Positions 15,001-30,000 are shown, counted from the stretch's first letter. The stretch is 64,000 nucleotides of DNA from an uncultured delta proteobacterium (GCA_963713045.1 CAVQKE010000007.1:1-64000), one strand, 5' to 3'. The notes: generated by a model not told the origin, from the sequence alone. Numbers and translations: made by a program.

Positions 15001-18000
15001 CGCTAAACATTGTGGAGTTATTGTCGGCACCCGCGTTCAGGATGGCCGCTGCGCCACCGTCGGTTACCGTGCCGCTGCCGGCCAGGGAACCGATTGCGTT
15101 GGAGAAGCCATTGAGGTCTAAGGTTGAGTTGACCGTGAAATCTGAGGTCGCGCTCAGCGCCGTGATCGAACCCGCCTGCAATATCCCGCCGCTCACTGTG
15201 GTGGCGCCGGAATAGGTATTGGTGCCGCTCAGGGTCAAGGTGCCGGTGCCGCTCTTGGTCAGCGCCAGGGTGCCGGCGCCATTGATGAGGGTGCCGCTAA
15301 AGGTGGTCGCCGCGTTGTTGCTTCCGGCGCTCAAGGTGGCCGTCCCAGCAACGCTATTGGTCACCGTACCGGTGCCGGCCAATGAACCAATCGAATTGGA
15401 GAAACTAGCCAGGTCCAAGGTCGCACCGCTCACCGTAAAGGCGGAATTAGCGCTGAGGGCCGTCGTCGAGCCCGCTTGCAGAGTGCCAGCGCTTACCGTG
15501 GTCACTCCGCTGTAGCTGTTGTTGCCCGACAAGGCCACCAGCCCCGTACCAGCCTGGACCACGCTGCCCGCGCCAATGATGTTGCCGCTCAAAACCAAGG
15601 CCGTGTCGGTGCGATTAAACGCCAACACCCCGTTATCCGTGATATTGCCCACGATGCTGCCCGTTGCGGCGGCGTTGCCCAACTGCAGAGTGCCGGCACT
15701 GATGGTCGTCCCGCCAACGTAGGTATTGGTTCCCGTCAGGATCGAGGTGCCTGTCCCCATTTGGACTAACGTCCCAGTGCCAGTGATGTTGCCGTTCAAC
15801 ACCAAACCGCTATCGGAACGGTCCAGCCTCAATTGTCCGTTGTCGGTAATCGGTCCGTCCAGCGTCCCTGAGCTGCCGCCATTGCCGAGCTGAATTGTCC
15901 CTCCCGACACAATCGTCGCGAGGCCGCTGAACGTATTAGCTCCCGTCAATGTCAGTACTGAGGCTGCAGACTGATTCAGATTGCCCGTTCCGCTGATCAG
16001 ATTGGCGATACTGTGGTCCGTAGACCAGTCAAAGTTCAGGGTCCCGGCCGAGCCGATACTGACATTGGAAGCCCCAGCAATGGAGCCAGTATTATCGTTA
16101 TTGCCTAATTGCAGGAGGCCAGCGTTGATGGTGGTCGCGCCCGAGTAGAGGTTGGCGCCGCTCAGTCGCAAGGTGCCACTCCCTCCTTGAGTCAAAGAGC
16201 CGGCGCCGCTGACCACGTTGCCAAACACGATGGAGTCACTTCGGTTAAACGCCAGGACCGCACCCCCGGCTACGCTGACATCCGTCCCGATCATCCCGAC
16301 GCTTCCTCCGTTGCCGATCTGCAAGGTCCCGGCGTTGATGATCGTGCCGCCAATATAGGTGTTGGCGCCCGTCAGGATCGAGGCGCCCGAGCCGTTCTGA
16401 ATCACTGTGCCGGTGCCGCTGATGACTCCGCTCAACACCAAGCCGCTATCGGAGCGATTCAACGTTAAGTGGCCATTATCGGTAATGGGCCCTCCGAGGG
16501 TCCCTGAGGTGCCGCCGTTACCCAACTGGATCGTTCCGCCGGCAAAAATCGTCGTCGTCCCGCCAAAGGTATTGGATCCGGTCAGTGTCAGGACCGAAGC
16601 CGCTGACTGATCCAAATTGCCCGTCCCGCTAATCAAGTTGGCAACGGTGTGGTCGTTGGACCAATCGAAGTTCAGGGTCCCGCCGCTAGCGATACTGACG
16701 TTGGAAGCGCCAGCAATGGAGCCAGTGCCGTCATTATTGCCTAATTGCAGAATGCCCGCGTTGATGATGGTTGCACCCGTGTAGGTGTTGTTGCCGCTCA
16801 GTTGCAGGATTCCTGCACCCTCTTGAGTCAAAGCGCCCCCGCCGCTGACCACGTTCCCAAACACAATGTTATCGGTTCGATCGAATGCCAGGATAGAACC
16901 GGCCGCGACGGTGACATTCGTCGCGATCATCCCGGCGGTTCCCCCATTGCCGATCTGCAAAGTCCCGGCATTGATGATCGTGCCGCCATTATACGTGTTG
17001 GTGCCAGTCAGGATCGAGACGCCCAAGCCTTTCTGCACCAAAACCCCGCTGCCGCTGATGATTCCGCTTAAGACCAAGCCGCTATTGGATCGGTTCAACG
17101 TTAGTTGTCCGTTATCCGTAATGGGCCCGGCCAGTGTCCCTGTTGGTCCGCCGTTGCCCAGCTGGATCGTTCCGCCGGCAGCAATCGTCGTGGTCCCGCT
17201 AAAGGCATTGGCGCCAGTCAGGGTCAACACGGAGGCCGAGGATTGATTCAAGTTGCCGGTGCCGCTGATCGCATTGGCAACGGTCTGGTTATTGGACCAA
17301 TCAAAGTTCAAGCTCGCACCGCCGGCGATACTGATATTGGAGGCGGCAGCAATCGCGCCAGTGCTGTCGTTATTGCCCAGTTGCAACGTGCCGGCGGTGA
17401 TCGTGGTCGCCCCGGTGTAGGTGTTGAACCCGCTCAAGCGCAGTGTCCCTGTCCCTTCTTGAGTCAAAGCGCCCGCCCCGCTCACGGTGTTGCCAAAAAC
17501 GATGGTGTCAGACCGATCAAATGCCAGAGTCCCGCCGCTCGCCACCGTTGCTCCAGTCGCGATCATCCCGGCCGTCCCGCCGTTACCGATCTGCAGGGTC
17601 CCGGCATTGATCACGGTTCCCCCACTGTAGCTTTCAGTCACAGTCAGGATCGAGGTTCCTGTCCCGTTCTGGACCAGGGCGCCCGCTCCGCTGATCAGTT
17701 CGCCAAGGGTATTGGTGTCGGACCGATTCAAGCTCAGTTGCCCGTTGTCGACAATGGGGCCGGCCAACGAGCCTGAGGCCCCTCCATTGCCCAACTGGAT
17801 CGTGCCTGCTGAAATGGTGGTCGTGCCGCTGAAGGGATTGGCTCCGGTCAAGGTCAGGGTCGAGCCGGCCGATTGCTGCAGGTTGCCCGTGCCGCTGATT
17901 AAATTGGCAAAGATCTGATTAACGGACCAGTTGAAGTTCAGGGTCGTACCCGGGCCAATACTAACATTGGAGGCTGCGGCAATGGAGCCCGTGTTATCGT

Positions 18001-21000
18001 CGTTGCCGAACTGAAGGGTGCCGGCCGTGATATTGGTCGCTCCGGTATAGGTGTTGGCGCCGCTCAAGCGCAGCAAGCCGGTTCCAGCCTGGGTCAAGCT
18101 GCCGTCACCGCTGATGACCCCGCCAAAGGCTATCGCATCGGACCGGTTAAACTGCAGGCTGCCATTGTTGAGAACTGCTCCAGTGATTGAACCATTGGTC
18201 GTACCGTCACCAACAATGAGTGTGCCCGCATCGATCGTGGTTCCGCCGGTATAGGTATTGGTGGCTGTGACCGTCACCTGGTTGGCGCCCATCTTTTCCA
18301 ATGAACCGGCGCCGCTGACCGGATTGGCGAAAACCAGATCATCGGAACGGTCAAGCACCAAAGCGCCGCTGTTGAAGATTTGCCCGATGACACTGCCGCT
18401 GGTGCCACCATTGCCTAACTGCAACGTGCCCTGGCTGATCGTCGTTCCACCGCTGTAGGTGTTATTGGCGCTCAGGATCACGGTGCCCAGATCGGTCTTG
18501 GCGATTCCATCGGTGCCGGCGATTGCGACATTGATGGTGCCGGTGATTCCAGAACCGGCCTGTAACACCGAACCGGCGGCGGCGGTGATGGTTGAACCGT
18601 TGGCGGTCGTGATCAGATAACCGTCAGTCGCGAACTGCAACCCGGCCATGGTCACGTTCTCGGCCAGAGTCACCGTGCCGGCTGTGCTTTGAAAAACGGC
18701 AAAACCCGATTTCCAGGCTGAGTTGGATGAACCATCGCTTACGGTCCAGTTCTGATTGGTGGTGTTCCAGGTCCCGCTCCCACCGCCAATGATGCCGTTG
18801 TTGGGTGGATCCGTCCCGTCCCAGAACTCTAAGAGGCTCGAGCCGCTGACCAGAAGGTTGACCTGGCCTGCAGTGCCGGTCTGGATCGCCAGCGCTGTCG
18901 GGACCACTCCGTTGGGCACCGTCCCGATCGTCATGTGGTTATTGATCAGACTGCCTCCGTAATCAAAGAGCCGGTAGACCCCAGTCCCGAAACCCCCGAT
19001 GTCGATAATATTCAAGGCGCCGGCCAAGGTCAGATTGCCGCTCACTTCGACCAGGTCGTTGATTCCGCCGCCTGTCACTCCGGCCGGGCCCAGTTCAAAG
19101 TCGGAGATCGACCCGGAGTTCAACACCAGCGAATCGACCGTGAGAGTTCCGGGGCCGCTGTTGCCAGGAGAAAGGATACCTCCGCTGGTGACCGTCACTG
19201 TCCCATGAATAGTCCCGGTGCCGCCCAGTGTTGCGCCGCTCTCCACCTGCACCGCCGAGTTACTTAAAGTGCCCCGGACCGATAGCTGCCCCGCTTGCAC
19301 ATCGGTTAACCCGCTATAGGTGCTGGCGCCGGTCAGGATCAAGGTTCCGGTGCCGCTTTTGGCCAGCGCTAGCGTGCCGAGGCCATTCTGCAGGGCGCCG
19401 CTGAAGGTCGTCGAGACGTTGTCGCCTCCGGCGCTCAGTGTGGCTGCCGCTCCATTGTTGGTGACGGTGCCGCTGCCGGCCAAAGAACCAATCGCATTGG
19501 AAAAACCATTGAGGTCTAAGGTTGAATTGACCGTGAAATCCGATAACGAGCTTAGCGCCGTCCCTGAACCGGCTTGCAGCGTACCCGCGTTCACCGTCGT
19601 GGCGCCTGAGTAGGTGTTGGCCCCGCTCAAGGTCCAGGCGCCCGTGCCGACCTTGGTTAGCGCCAGGGTGCCGGCACCATTGATGAGGTTGCCACTGAAG
19701 ACGCTCGAGGCGTTATCGGCTCCAGCGCTCAAGACCGCGGCCGACACCCCGCTATTGGTTACGGTACCGTTACCCGCCAGTGAACCGATCACATTGGAGT
19801 TACTGTTGAGGTTTAAGGTCGCCCCCCCAGTCACGATAAAGTCCGAGTTTGCACTCAATGCCGTTGAAGAACCGGTCTGCAGCGTGCCGGCGCTCACAGT
19901 GGTAACTCCGCTATAGCTGTCGTTACCCGAAAGAGTCACAATGCCCGTACCGCTATTTGTTAAGCTGCCGGTCCCGCTGATATTGCCATTTAAAGTCAGA
20001 GCCGTGTCAGTTCGGTTCAGGTTGAGTATCCCGTTGTCGGTAATGTTGCCGATGATGCTGCCGCTAGCGCCGGCGTTGCCCAATTGAAGGGTGCCCGCGC
20101 TGATCGTCGTGCCGCCGTTGTAGGTATTGATCCCGGTCAGAGTCAGGATGCCGGTGCCGCTCTTAGTTAACGCCAGGGTGCCGGTACCATTGATGAGGGC
20201 GCCGCTAAAGGTCGTTGAAGCGTTATCGACTCCGGCGCTCAGGGTCGCCGCGACGCCATTGTTGGTCACCGTACCGCTGCCGGCTAAAGAACCGATCGCG
20301 TTGGAGGACCCGTTGAGGTTCAAGATCGAATTAACCGTAAAATCAGAGTTAGCGCTCAGCGCCAATCCAGAGCCGGCCTGAAGCGTACCGGCACTCACCG
20401 TGGTCACCCCGCTATAGCTGTTGGCACCCGAGAGGGTCACCGTGCCCGTACCGGCCTGCACCACGCTGCCGCTCCCGGTGATGGCACCGTTCAAAGTCAG
20501 GCCCGCGTCGGTGCGGTTAAAGGCCAAGACCGCGTTATCGGTGATGGCGCCCACGATGCTGCCGCTCGCGCCGGCATTGCCCAACTGCAGCGTGCCTGCG
20601 CTCAGGACCGTGCCGCCATTGTAAGTATTGGCTCCTGTCAAAATCGAAGTTCCCGTTCCATTCTGGACTAAGGTTCCGGTGCCGCTGATGATGCCGCCTA
20701 GGATGAGGCCGTTGTCAGAGCGGTTTAGGCTTAATTGCCCGTTATCGGTAATGGGTCCGGCCAGTGTTCCCGAGGTCCCCCCATTGCCAAGGGCTATGGT
20801 CCCGCCCGACACGATGCTCGTGGTGCCGGTAAAGGTATTGGCGCCCGTCAGGGTCAGGATCGTAGCTGTTGATTGCGTTAGATTTCCCGTCCCGCTGATC
20901 GCGTTGGCAAAGGTCTGGGCATTCGACCACTCAAAGTTCAGGGTCCCCGCGGCGCCAATGATGACGCTGGAAGCCGGATTGAGCGATCCTGAAGTATCAT

Positions 21001-24000
21001 CGTTGCCCAACTTCAGGGTGCCTGCATTGATGCTCGTCGCTCCGCTATAGGCGTTAATTCCGCTCAAGCGCAAAGTGCCTGTCCCCAATTGAGTCAAACT
21101 GCCCGCGCCGCTCACTACGTTAGCGAATACGATGTTATCGGTTCGATTGAACGCCAGGGTCGCACCGCCGGCCACGGTTACATCCGTCCCGATCATTCCG
21201 CTGGTTCCGCCGTTGCCGATCTGCAGGGTTCCGGCGCTGATGGTGGTTCCACCGCTATAGGTGTTGTTCGCGCCCAGGATCACGGTGCCCAGATCGGTCT
21301 TGGTGATCCCACTAACGCCGGCGATTCCGACATTGATGGTGCCGGTAATTCCCGAGCCGGCCTCTAATACTGTACCGCCGGCTGCGGTGATCGTTGAACC
21401 GTTGGCGGTCGTGATCAGATAACCGTCAGTGACAAATTGCAGCCCGGCGATTGTCACACTCTCGGCCAGAGTCACCGTTCCCACAGCGCCTTCGAAAACT
21501 GCAAAGCCTGATTTCCAGGCCGAATTGGATGAACCATCCGATACTGTCCAGTTCTGATTGGTGGTGTTCCAGGTCCCATTGCCACCACCAATCACTCCGT
21601 TGCCGGGTGCCTCAGTCCCATCCCAGAATTGCAAGAGTCCCGAGCCGTTGACCAAAAGATTGACCTGCCCTGCGATGGCCGTTTGGATGCTCAAAGCCGC
21701 TGGGGTGATACCGTTTGGCACCGTCCCGATGGTCATGACGTTATTGGTCAGAGTGCCTCCGTAATCAAAGAGCCGATAGACACCGGGCCCGAAACTGCCG
21801 AGGTCGGTGACATTTAAACCGCCCGCCAAGGTCAGGTTATTGGTGACTTCTACCAAGCTGTTCACGCCGCCCACCACACCAGCCGGCCCCAGTCCAAAGT
21901 TGGATTGCGAACCGGAGTTCAACACCAGCGAACCGACCGTGAGGGTGCCGGGGCTGGTGTTGCCCGGGGAGAGTATACCTCCGGTGAGCACGGACACCGT
22001 TCCACTCAGGGCGCCTGTCCCGCCCAACGTTGCGCCGCTCTCAACCTGCACAGCCGAATTACTTAATGTACCGACAACCGATAGCAGGCCGCCCCTCACA
22101 TCGGTTAACCCGCTATAAGTACCGGCACCGGTCAAAATCAAAGTCCCAGTGCCGCTCTTGGTCAGCCCCAGAGTGCCGATGCCGTTCTGCAGCGTGCCGC
22201 TGAAAGTCGTATTGGTATTATCGCCTCCGGCGCTCAGGGTCGCCACCGTCACACCATTGTTGGTTACGGTGCCGCTGCCGGCCAAAGAGCCAATGGCATT
22301 CGAATACCCATTAAGGTCTAAGATTGAACTAACCGTGAAATCAGAGTTCGCGCTCAAGGCCGATAGAGAACCGGCCTGCAGTGTACCGGCGCTCACCGTC
22401 GTTGCCCCTGAGTAGGTGTTGTTCCCGCTCAAGGTCAAGGTGCCGGTGCCTGCTTTGGTCAGTGCCAGGGTGCCGACGCCGTCCCGTAGCGTGCCGCTAA
22501 AGGCGCTAGAGTTGTTATCGGCGCCGACGCTCAAGGTCGTCGCGGCGCCGGTGTTGGTCACTGTTCCGTGACCGGCCAGTGAACCGATGGCATTGGAATA
22601 GCCCCCCAGGTTCAAGGCCGAATTCACCGTAAAATCAGAGTTTGCGCTCAAGGCCGATAAAGAACCGGCTTGCAGCGTTCCGAGGCTTACCGTGGTCACC
22701 CCGCTATAGGTGTTACTGCCCGTAAGGGTCACGCTCCCCGAACCGGCTTCAATCACACTTCCGGTGCCGCTGATATTGCCGCTTAAAGTCAGGCCAGTGT
22801 CAGTGCGGCTGAACTTGAGCGTCCCGTTATCGGTGATGTTGCCGCTGATGCTGCCGATAGAGCCGGCATTGCCCAATTGCAGGGTGCCCGCACTGATCGT
22901 CGTGCCGCCCGTGTAGCTATTGGCTCCGGTCAGGATCGAAGTGCCCGTGCCGCTCTGAGCCAGGCTGCCGGTGCCGCTGATAACTCCACTTAAAACCAGG
23001 CCGCTATCGGACCGGTTCAAGCTCAATTGGCTGTTATCGGTGATCGCGCCGGCAACTAATCCAGTGGAGCCCCCGTTGCCGATCTGCAAGATGCCCCCGT
23101 TAATGGTCGTGCCGCCCGTATAGGTATTGTTGGCCGTCAAGATCACGGTGCCCAGATCGGTCTTGGTCACATCTCCACTGCCGACAATTGAAACCCCAAT
23201 GGTCCCGCTCATCCCGCTACCGGTTTCCAAAATCGTGCCGCTGGCGGCTGTCAGCGTTGAACTGTTGGAAGTCGTGATCAGGTAACCATTGGTCGTAAAC
23301 TGCAGCCCGGCCATTGTCAGGTTCGCCGCCAGGGTCACCGTGCCGGCTGTGCCTTCGAAGACGGCAAAACCTGATTTCCAGGCTGAGTTGCTGCTCCCGT
23401 CCGCCACTGTCCAGTTGGTCGTGGTGTTGTCCCAGGTCCCATTGCCACCGGAAACGGTGCCGTTTGCTACTACATTCGGCCCATCCCAGAACTCCAAGAG
23501 GCTGGTGCCGCTGACCACCAGGTTGATCTGGTTTGCCACCGACGTCTGGATGGTCAAGGCCCCTGCGCTCACTCCGTTTGGCACCGTCCCGACTGTCATG
23601 CCGTTATTGGTCAGGCTACCCCCGTAGTCAAAGAGCCGGTAGACCCCTGCTCCGAAGCCGCCCACATCGGTGATGTTCAAGGCGCCTGCCAAAGTCAGAT
23701 TATTGGTCACTTCCACCAAGCCGTTGTTGCCGCCGCCCACCAGGCCGGCCGGACCAAGGTCGAAGTTGGACATCGAACCGGAGTTTAGCACCAGCGAATT
23801 GACCGTCAGGGTGCCAGGGCCGCTGTTGCCTGGAGAGAGGATTCCTCCGCTAGTGATCGTTACTGTCCCATGAATGATGCCTGTACCGCCCAACGTTGCG
23901 CCGCTCTCAACCTGTACGGCCGAATTGCCTAAGCTGCCTCGCACCGATAACAGGCCCCCTTGCACGTCGGTCAGCCCGCTATAGGTGCTCGAGCCGGTCA

Positions 24001-27000
24001 GGATCAAAGTCCCGGTGCCGTTCTTGCTGAGCGCCAGGGTGCCCGTGCCGTTCTGCAGTGAGCCGCTGAAAGTCGTATTGACGTTGTCGACGCCGGCAGC
24101 CAGTGTGGCCGCCGCAGTGCCACTATTGGTGACAATACCATTGCCGGCCAATGACCCAATCTCATTGGAGTACCCATTGAGATCCAAAGTGGAATTGACC
24201 GTGAGATCAGAGTTTGCGCTGTAAGCTGTGCTTGAGCCGGCTTGCAGTGTCCCGGCGCTCACGGTGGTTGCGCCCGAGTAGCTGTTGGTCCCGCTCAAGG
24301 TCAAGGTCCCGATGCCGGTCTTGATCAAGCCCAGCGTGCCGGCGCCGTTTTGCAGCGTCCCGCTAAAGGTGGTAGTCGCGTTGTCACCGCCGACAGTCAA
24401 GCTGGCCAGGGCGCCGCTATTGGTCACGGTGCCAGTGCCGGCCAGGGAACCGATCGCGTTGGAGAAACCGCCCAAGTCTAAGGTGGCCCCGCTGACGGTA
24501 AAATCCGAGTTTGCGCTCAAGGCGGATCCAGAGCCCGCTTGCAGGGTTCCGGCGCTCACGGTGGTTACCCCGCTATAGGTGTTATTACCCGAGAGGGTCA
24601 CAGTGCCCGCACCGGCTTGTACCACGCTGCCAGCGCCGGTGATATTGCCGTTCAAGGCCAGGGCCGTGTCAGTGCGATTAAACGCCAATACCCCGTTATC
24701 GGTGATGTTACCCACGATGCTGCCGGTTGCTGTGGTATTGCCCAATTGCAGCGTGCCTCCGCTGATGGTCGTACCGCCCGTGTAAGTGTCGGTCCCGGTC
24801 AGGGTCAGGGAGCCGGCGCCGCTCTTGGTCAACGCCAGAGGGCCCGCACCATTTTGCACGGCACCGCTAAACATTGTGGAGTTATTGTCGGCGCCCGCGT
24901 TCAGGATGGCCGCTGCGCCACTGTCGGTTACCGTGCCGCTGCCGGCCAGGGAGCCGATTGCGTTGGAGAAGCCATTGAGGTCCAAGGTTGAATTAACCGT
25001 AAAATCCGAGGTTGCGCTGAGCCCGGTAGTGGAACCGGCCTGGAGAGTGCCTGTGCTCACTGTCGTGGCGCCGAAGTAGGTATTCGTTCCGCTCAAGGTC
25101 AGGATGCCGCTGCCGGTCTTGGTCAGCGCCAGGGTGCCAACGCCGTTGATGAGCACTCCGCTAAAGGTCGTCGCCGCGTTGTTGCCTCCGACGCTCAGGG
25201 TGGCGGCTGCCCCACTATTGGTCACCGTGCCGCTGCCGGCCAGAGAACCGATCGTGTTGGAGAAACCACCCAGGTTTAAGGTCGCCCCGTTTACGCTAAA
25301 AGCAGAGTTTGCGCTGAGCGCGCTCGTCGAGCCCGCCTGCAGCGTACCGGCGCTCACCGTGGTGACCCCACTATAGGTGTTAATGCCCGAGAGGGTCACA
25401 ATGCCTGTACCAGCCTGGACCACGCTGCCCGCGCCAATGATGTTGCCGGTCAAGGCCAGGGCCGTGTCAGTGCGATTAAAGGCTAACACCCCGTTATCCG
25501 TGATGTTACCCACGATGCTGCCGGTCGTGCTGGCATTGCCCAACTGCAGGGTCCCGCCACTGATGGTTGTCCCGCCGCCGTAAATATTCGTCCCGGTCAG
25601 CGTCAAAACGCCGGTGCCGCTCTTGGTTAAGGCCAGAGGGCCGGTGCCGTTTTGCAATACGCCGCTAAAGACGCTGGAACCGTTATCGGCTCCGGCAGTC
25701 AACGTCGCGGCAGTGCTGCTGCTATCGAGCACCGTACCGCCACCGGCCAAGGATCCGATGATGTTGGAAAACCCATTCAGGTCCAGGATTGAGGTCACCG
25801 TAAAATCCGAATTCCCGCTGAGCCCGGTAGTGGAACCGGCCTGGAGAGTCCCTGTGCTCACCGTGGTGGCGCCCGAGTAGGTGTTCGTTCCGCTCAAGGT
25901 CAGGATGCCGCTGCCGGTCTTGGTCAGCGCCAGGGTGCCAACGCCGTTGATAAGCACTCCGCTAAAGGTCGTCGCCGCGTTGTTGCCTCCGACGCTCAGG
26001 GCGGCGGCTGCCCCACTATTGGTCACCGTGCCGCTGCCGGCCAGAGAACCGATCGTGTTGGAGAAACCACCCAGGTTTAAGGTCGCCCCGTTTACGCTAA
26101 AGGCAGAATTTGCGCTGAGCGCGCTAGTCGAGCCTGCGAGCAGCGTGCCGGCACTCAACGTGGTAACCCCGCTATAAGTGTTGTTGCCCGACAGGGTCAC
26201 GGTCCCTGTGCCGCCCTGCACCACACTGCCTGTGCCGATAATGTTCCCGCTCAGATTCAGCGCCGTGTCGGCACGGCTGAAGGCCAAGACTCCGTTATCC
26301 GTGATGTTGCCTAAGATGCTGCCGGTTGCAGCGATGTTGCCCAACTGCAGAGTCCCGCCGTTAATGGTCGTCCCACCCGTGTAGGTGTTGGTCCCGGTCA
26401 GGGTCAAAATGCCGGTGCCAATCTTGGTCAGCGCCAGCGCGTTTATGAGCACACCGCTAAAAATCGTAGAAGTGTTTTTACCCCCGGCGCTCAGCGTCGC
26501 AGCGGCGCCGCTGTCGTTCACAGTACCAGTGCCGGCTAATGAACCGATCGTATTGGAAAAACCGTTGAGGTTTAATGTCGCCCCATTCACCGTAAAAGCA
26601 GAGTTCGCGCTGAACGCCGTCGTTGAACCCGCCTGCAGCGTGCCGCCGGTGTTTACCGCAGTCACTCCGCTATAGGTGTTAGTGCCTGACAGGGTCACGC
26701 TGCCTGTACCGTTATTTATCACGCTACCGGTGCCGACGATGTTGCCGGTTAAAGCCAAGGCCGTGTCAGTGCGACCGAACAGTAACACCCCATTATCGGT
26801 GATGTTGCCCACGATGCTGCCAGTTGCCGTGCCGTTGCCTAACTGCAGCGTGCCGGCGCTAATAGTGGTCCCGCCCGTGTAGGAACTGCTCCCGGTCAGG
26901 GATAAAATGCCGGTACCGCTCTTGGTCAGCGCCAAGGCGCCGGGGCCGTTTTGCAGTGTGCCGCTAAAGACGCTAGACGTGTTATCGCCGCCGACGCTCA

Positions 27001-30000
27001 AGGTCGCCCCGGCGCCTGTATTGGTTACTGTGGCGATGCCGGCCAGGGAACCAATCGCATTGGAAAACCCATTTAGGTCTAAGGTTGAGTTGACCGAGAA
27101 ATCTGAGGTCGCGCTCAGCGCCGTGATAGAACCCGCCTGCAATATCCCGCCGCTCACTGTGGTGGCGCCGGAATAGGTATTGGTGCCGCTCAGGGTCAAG
27201 GTGCCGGTGCCGGTCTTGGTCAGCGCCAGGGTGCCGGCACCATTGATGAGGGTGCCGCTAAAGGTGGTCGCCGCGTTGTTGCTTCCGGCGCTCAAGGTGG
27301 CTGTCCCGGCAACGCTATTGGTCACCGTACCCGTGCCGGCCAATGAACCGATCGAATTGGAGAAACTAGCCAGGTCCAAGGTCGCACCGCTCACCGTGAA
27401 CGCGGAATTAGCGCTGAGCGCCGTCGCCGAGCCCGCTTGCAGAGTGCCAGCGCTTACCGCGGTCACTCCGCTGTAGGTGTTGTTGCCCGACAAGGCCACC
27501 AGCCCCGTACCGGCCTGCACCACGCTGCCGGTGCCAATGATGTTGCCGCTCAAAACCAGGGCCGTGTCGGTGCGATTAAACGCCAGCACCCCGTTATCGG
27601 TGATATTACCCACGATACTGCCGGTCACCCCGGCATTGCCCAATTGCAGGGTTCCCGCGCTGATGGTGGTGCCGCCATTATAAGTATTGGTTCCCGTCAC
27701 AGTGGAGGTGCCGACCCCTATCTGTGCCAAAGAGCCGGTGCCGCTAATTGTGCCGCTGATGACCAGGCCGCTATCGGACCGGTTCAAGCTCAGTTGCCCA
27801 TTATCGGTAATATCACCGCTCACCGATCCACTGCCGGCCCCGTTGCCCAGCTGCAGGATGCCGCTACTGATCGTCGTGCCGCCACTGTAAGTATTGGCAG
27901 CCGTCAGGATCACCGTGCCCGGACCGGTGACAGTCACGTCTCCAGCGCCGATAATAGGTACCCCAACAGTGCCGCTCACCCCGCTCCCGGCCTGCAGAAT
28001 TGTTCCAGTCGAGGCGGTAATGGTTGAACCGTTGGAAGTGGTGATCAGGTAGCCGTCGGTGACAAACTGCAGGCCGGCCACCGTCACATTGGCCGCCAGA
28101 TTCACCGTTCCGGCGGACCCTTCGAAAACCGCGACTCCCTGTTTCCAGGCCGCATTGCTGCTCCCGTTTGCGATGGTCCAGTTGGTCGTGCTGTTGTCCC
28201 AGGTCCCGTTGCCGCCGACCACCGGCACCCCGCCAGTCGTATTGGCTCCATCCCAGAATTGTAAGAGACCGGCACCGTTGACGACCAGGTCGACCTGGTT
28301 GGCGGCAATCTGGATGCTCAAAGCGCCTCGGGTAACTCCGCTGGGGATCGTTCCTATGGTCAGAGCGCTCGCCAGACCGCTCTCGGTCCCAAAACTAAAA
28401 AGCTCGTAAGTCCCGATCCCGAAGCCGCCCAGGTCGGCAATGTTGAGGGTTCCTCCCAAGGTCAGGTTGTTGTTCACTATCACCAGATCGTTCACCCCGC
28501 CCCCCGCGTTACCCAATCCGGACGGACCCAGTCCGAAATCGGAAATCGACCCGGAGTTCAAGACCAGCGACCCGACTGTCAGGGTGCCCACGGCATTGTT
28601 GCCCGGCGACAATATTCCACCGTTGAGGACCGTCAGAGCTCCGCTGATGGTGCCGGCGCCGCCCAACGTTGCCCCGCTTTCAACCTGCACCGCCGAATTG
28701 CTTAAAGTGCCACGAACCGATAATTGGCCCCCTTGCACATCGGTTAATCCGTTGTAGGCGCTAGTTCCTGAAAGAATCAAGGTTCCGCTGCCCTGCTTAG
28801 TCAGCCCGAGCGTCCCGGTGCCGTTCTGCAGTGCTCCGCTGAAAGTCGTCGAAGCATTGTCGCCTCCGGCGCTCAGCGTGGCCGTCCCGGTTGCGCTGAC
28901 CGTGCCGGTGCCGGCTAGTGAACCGATCGTGTTAGAAAAGGCGCCCAGGTTCAAAATCGAGGTGACCGTGAAATCTGAAGCGGCGCTCAGCGCGGTGGTT
29001 GAACCTGCCTGCAACGTGCCGGCGCTCACTGTCGTTGCCCCTGAGTAGGTGTTGTTCCCGCTCAAAGTCAAGGTGCCCGTGCCGCTCTTGGTCAGCGCCA
29101 CGGTGCCAGCCCCGTTTTGCAGCACTCCACTAAAGACGCTGGAGTTGTTATCGGCTCCGGTGGTCAGAGTAGTGCTAGTGCTAGTGCTAGTGCTAGTGCT
29201 AGTGCTAGTGCTAGTGCTAGTGACAGTCCCGCTCCCGGCCAGTGAACCGATCGTGCTCGTGAAACCATTCAGGTCCAAGGTTGAATTAACGGTGAAATCT
29301 GAGCTCGAGCTTAAGGCCGATCCGGAGCCGGCCTGCAAGGTCCCGCCATTCACCGTCGTGGCGCCCGAGTAAGTGTTCAGTCCGCTCAAAGTTAAAATGC
29401 CGGTGCCGGTCTTGGTCAGCCCCAGGGTGCCGGTGCCGTTGACGAGCGCTCCACTGAAAGCCGTGGAAGTGTTGTTGCCGCCGGCAGTCAGTGTCGCTGC
29501 CGAGCCGGTATCGGTCACCGTGCCGGTGCCGGCCAGGGAACCGATCGTATTGGAAGACCCACCCAGGTTTAGACTCGCGCCGCTTACGGTGAAAGCGGAG
29601 TTAAGGCTTAGGGCTGTCAAAGAACCCGCCTGCAAAGTGCCGGCGCTCACCGTAGTCACCCCGCTATAGGTGTTATTGCCCGAGAGGCTCACGGTTCCCG
29701 TACCGGTATTTAGCACGCTGCCGGTGCCGATAATGTTGCCGCTTAACGTCAGGCCAGAGTCGGTGCGATTCAATGCCAACACGCTGTTATCGGTGATGTT
29801 ACCCACGATGGTTCCACTCCCGCCGGCGTTGCCTAACTGCAGGGTGCCGCCACTGATGGTCGTACCGCCCGTGTAGGAGTTGGTCCCGGTCAGAGTCAAA
29901 GTGCCGGTACCGCTCTTGGTCAGCGCCAAGGCGCCCGGGCCGTTTTGCAGCGTGCCGCTAAAGACGCTAGACGTGTTATCGCCGCCAACGCTCAATGTCG

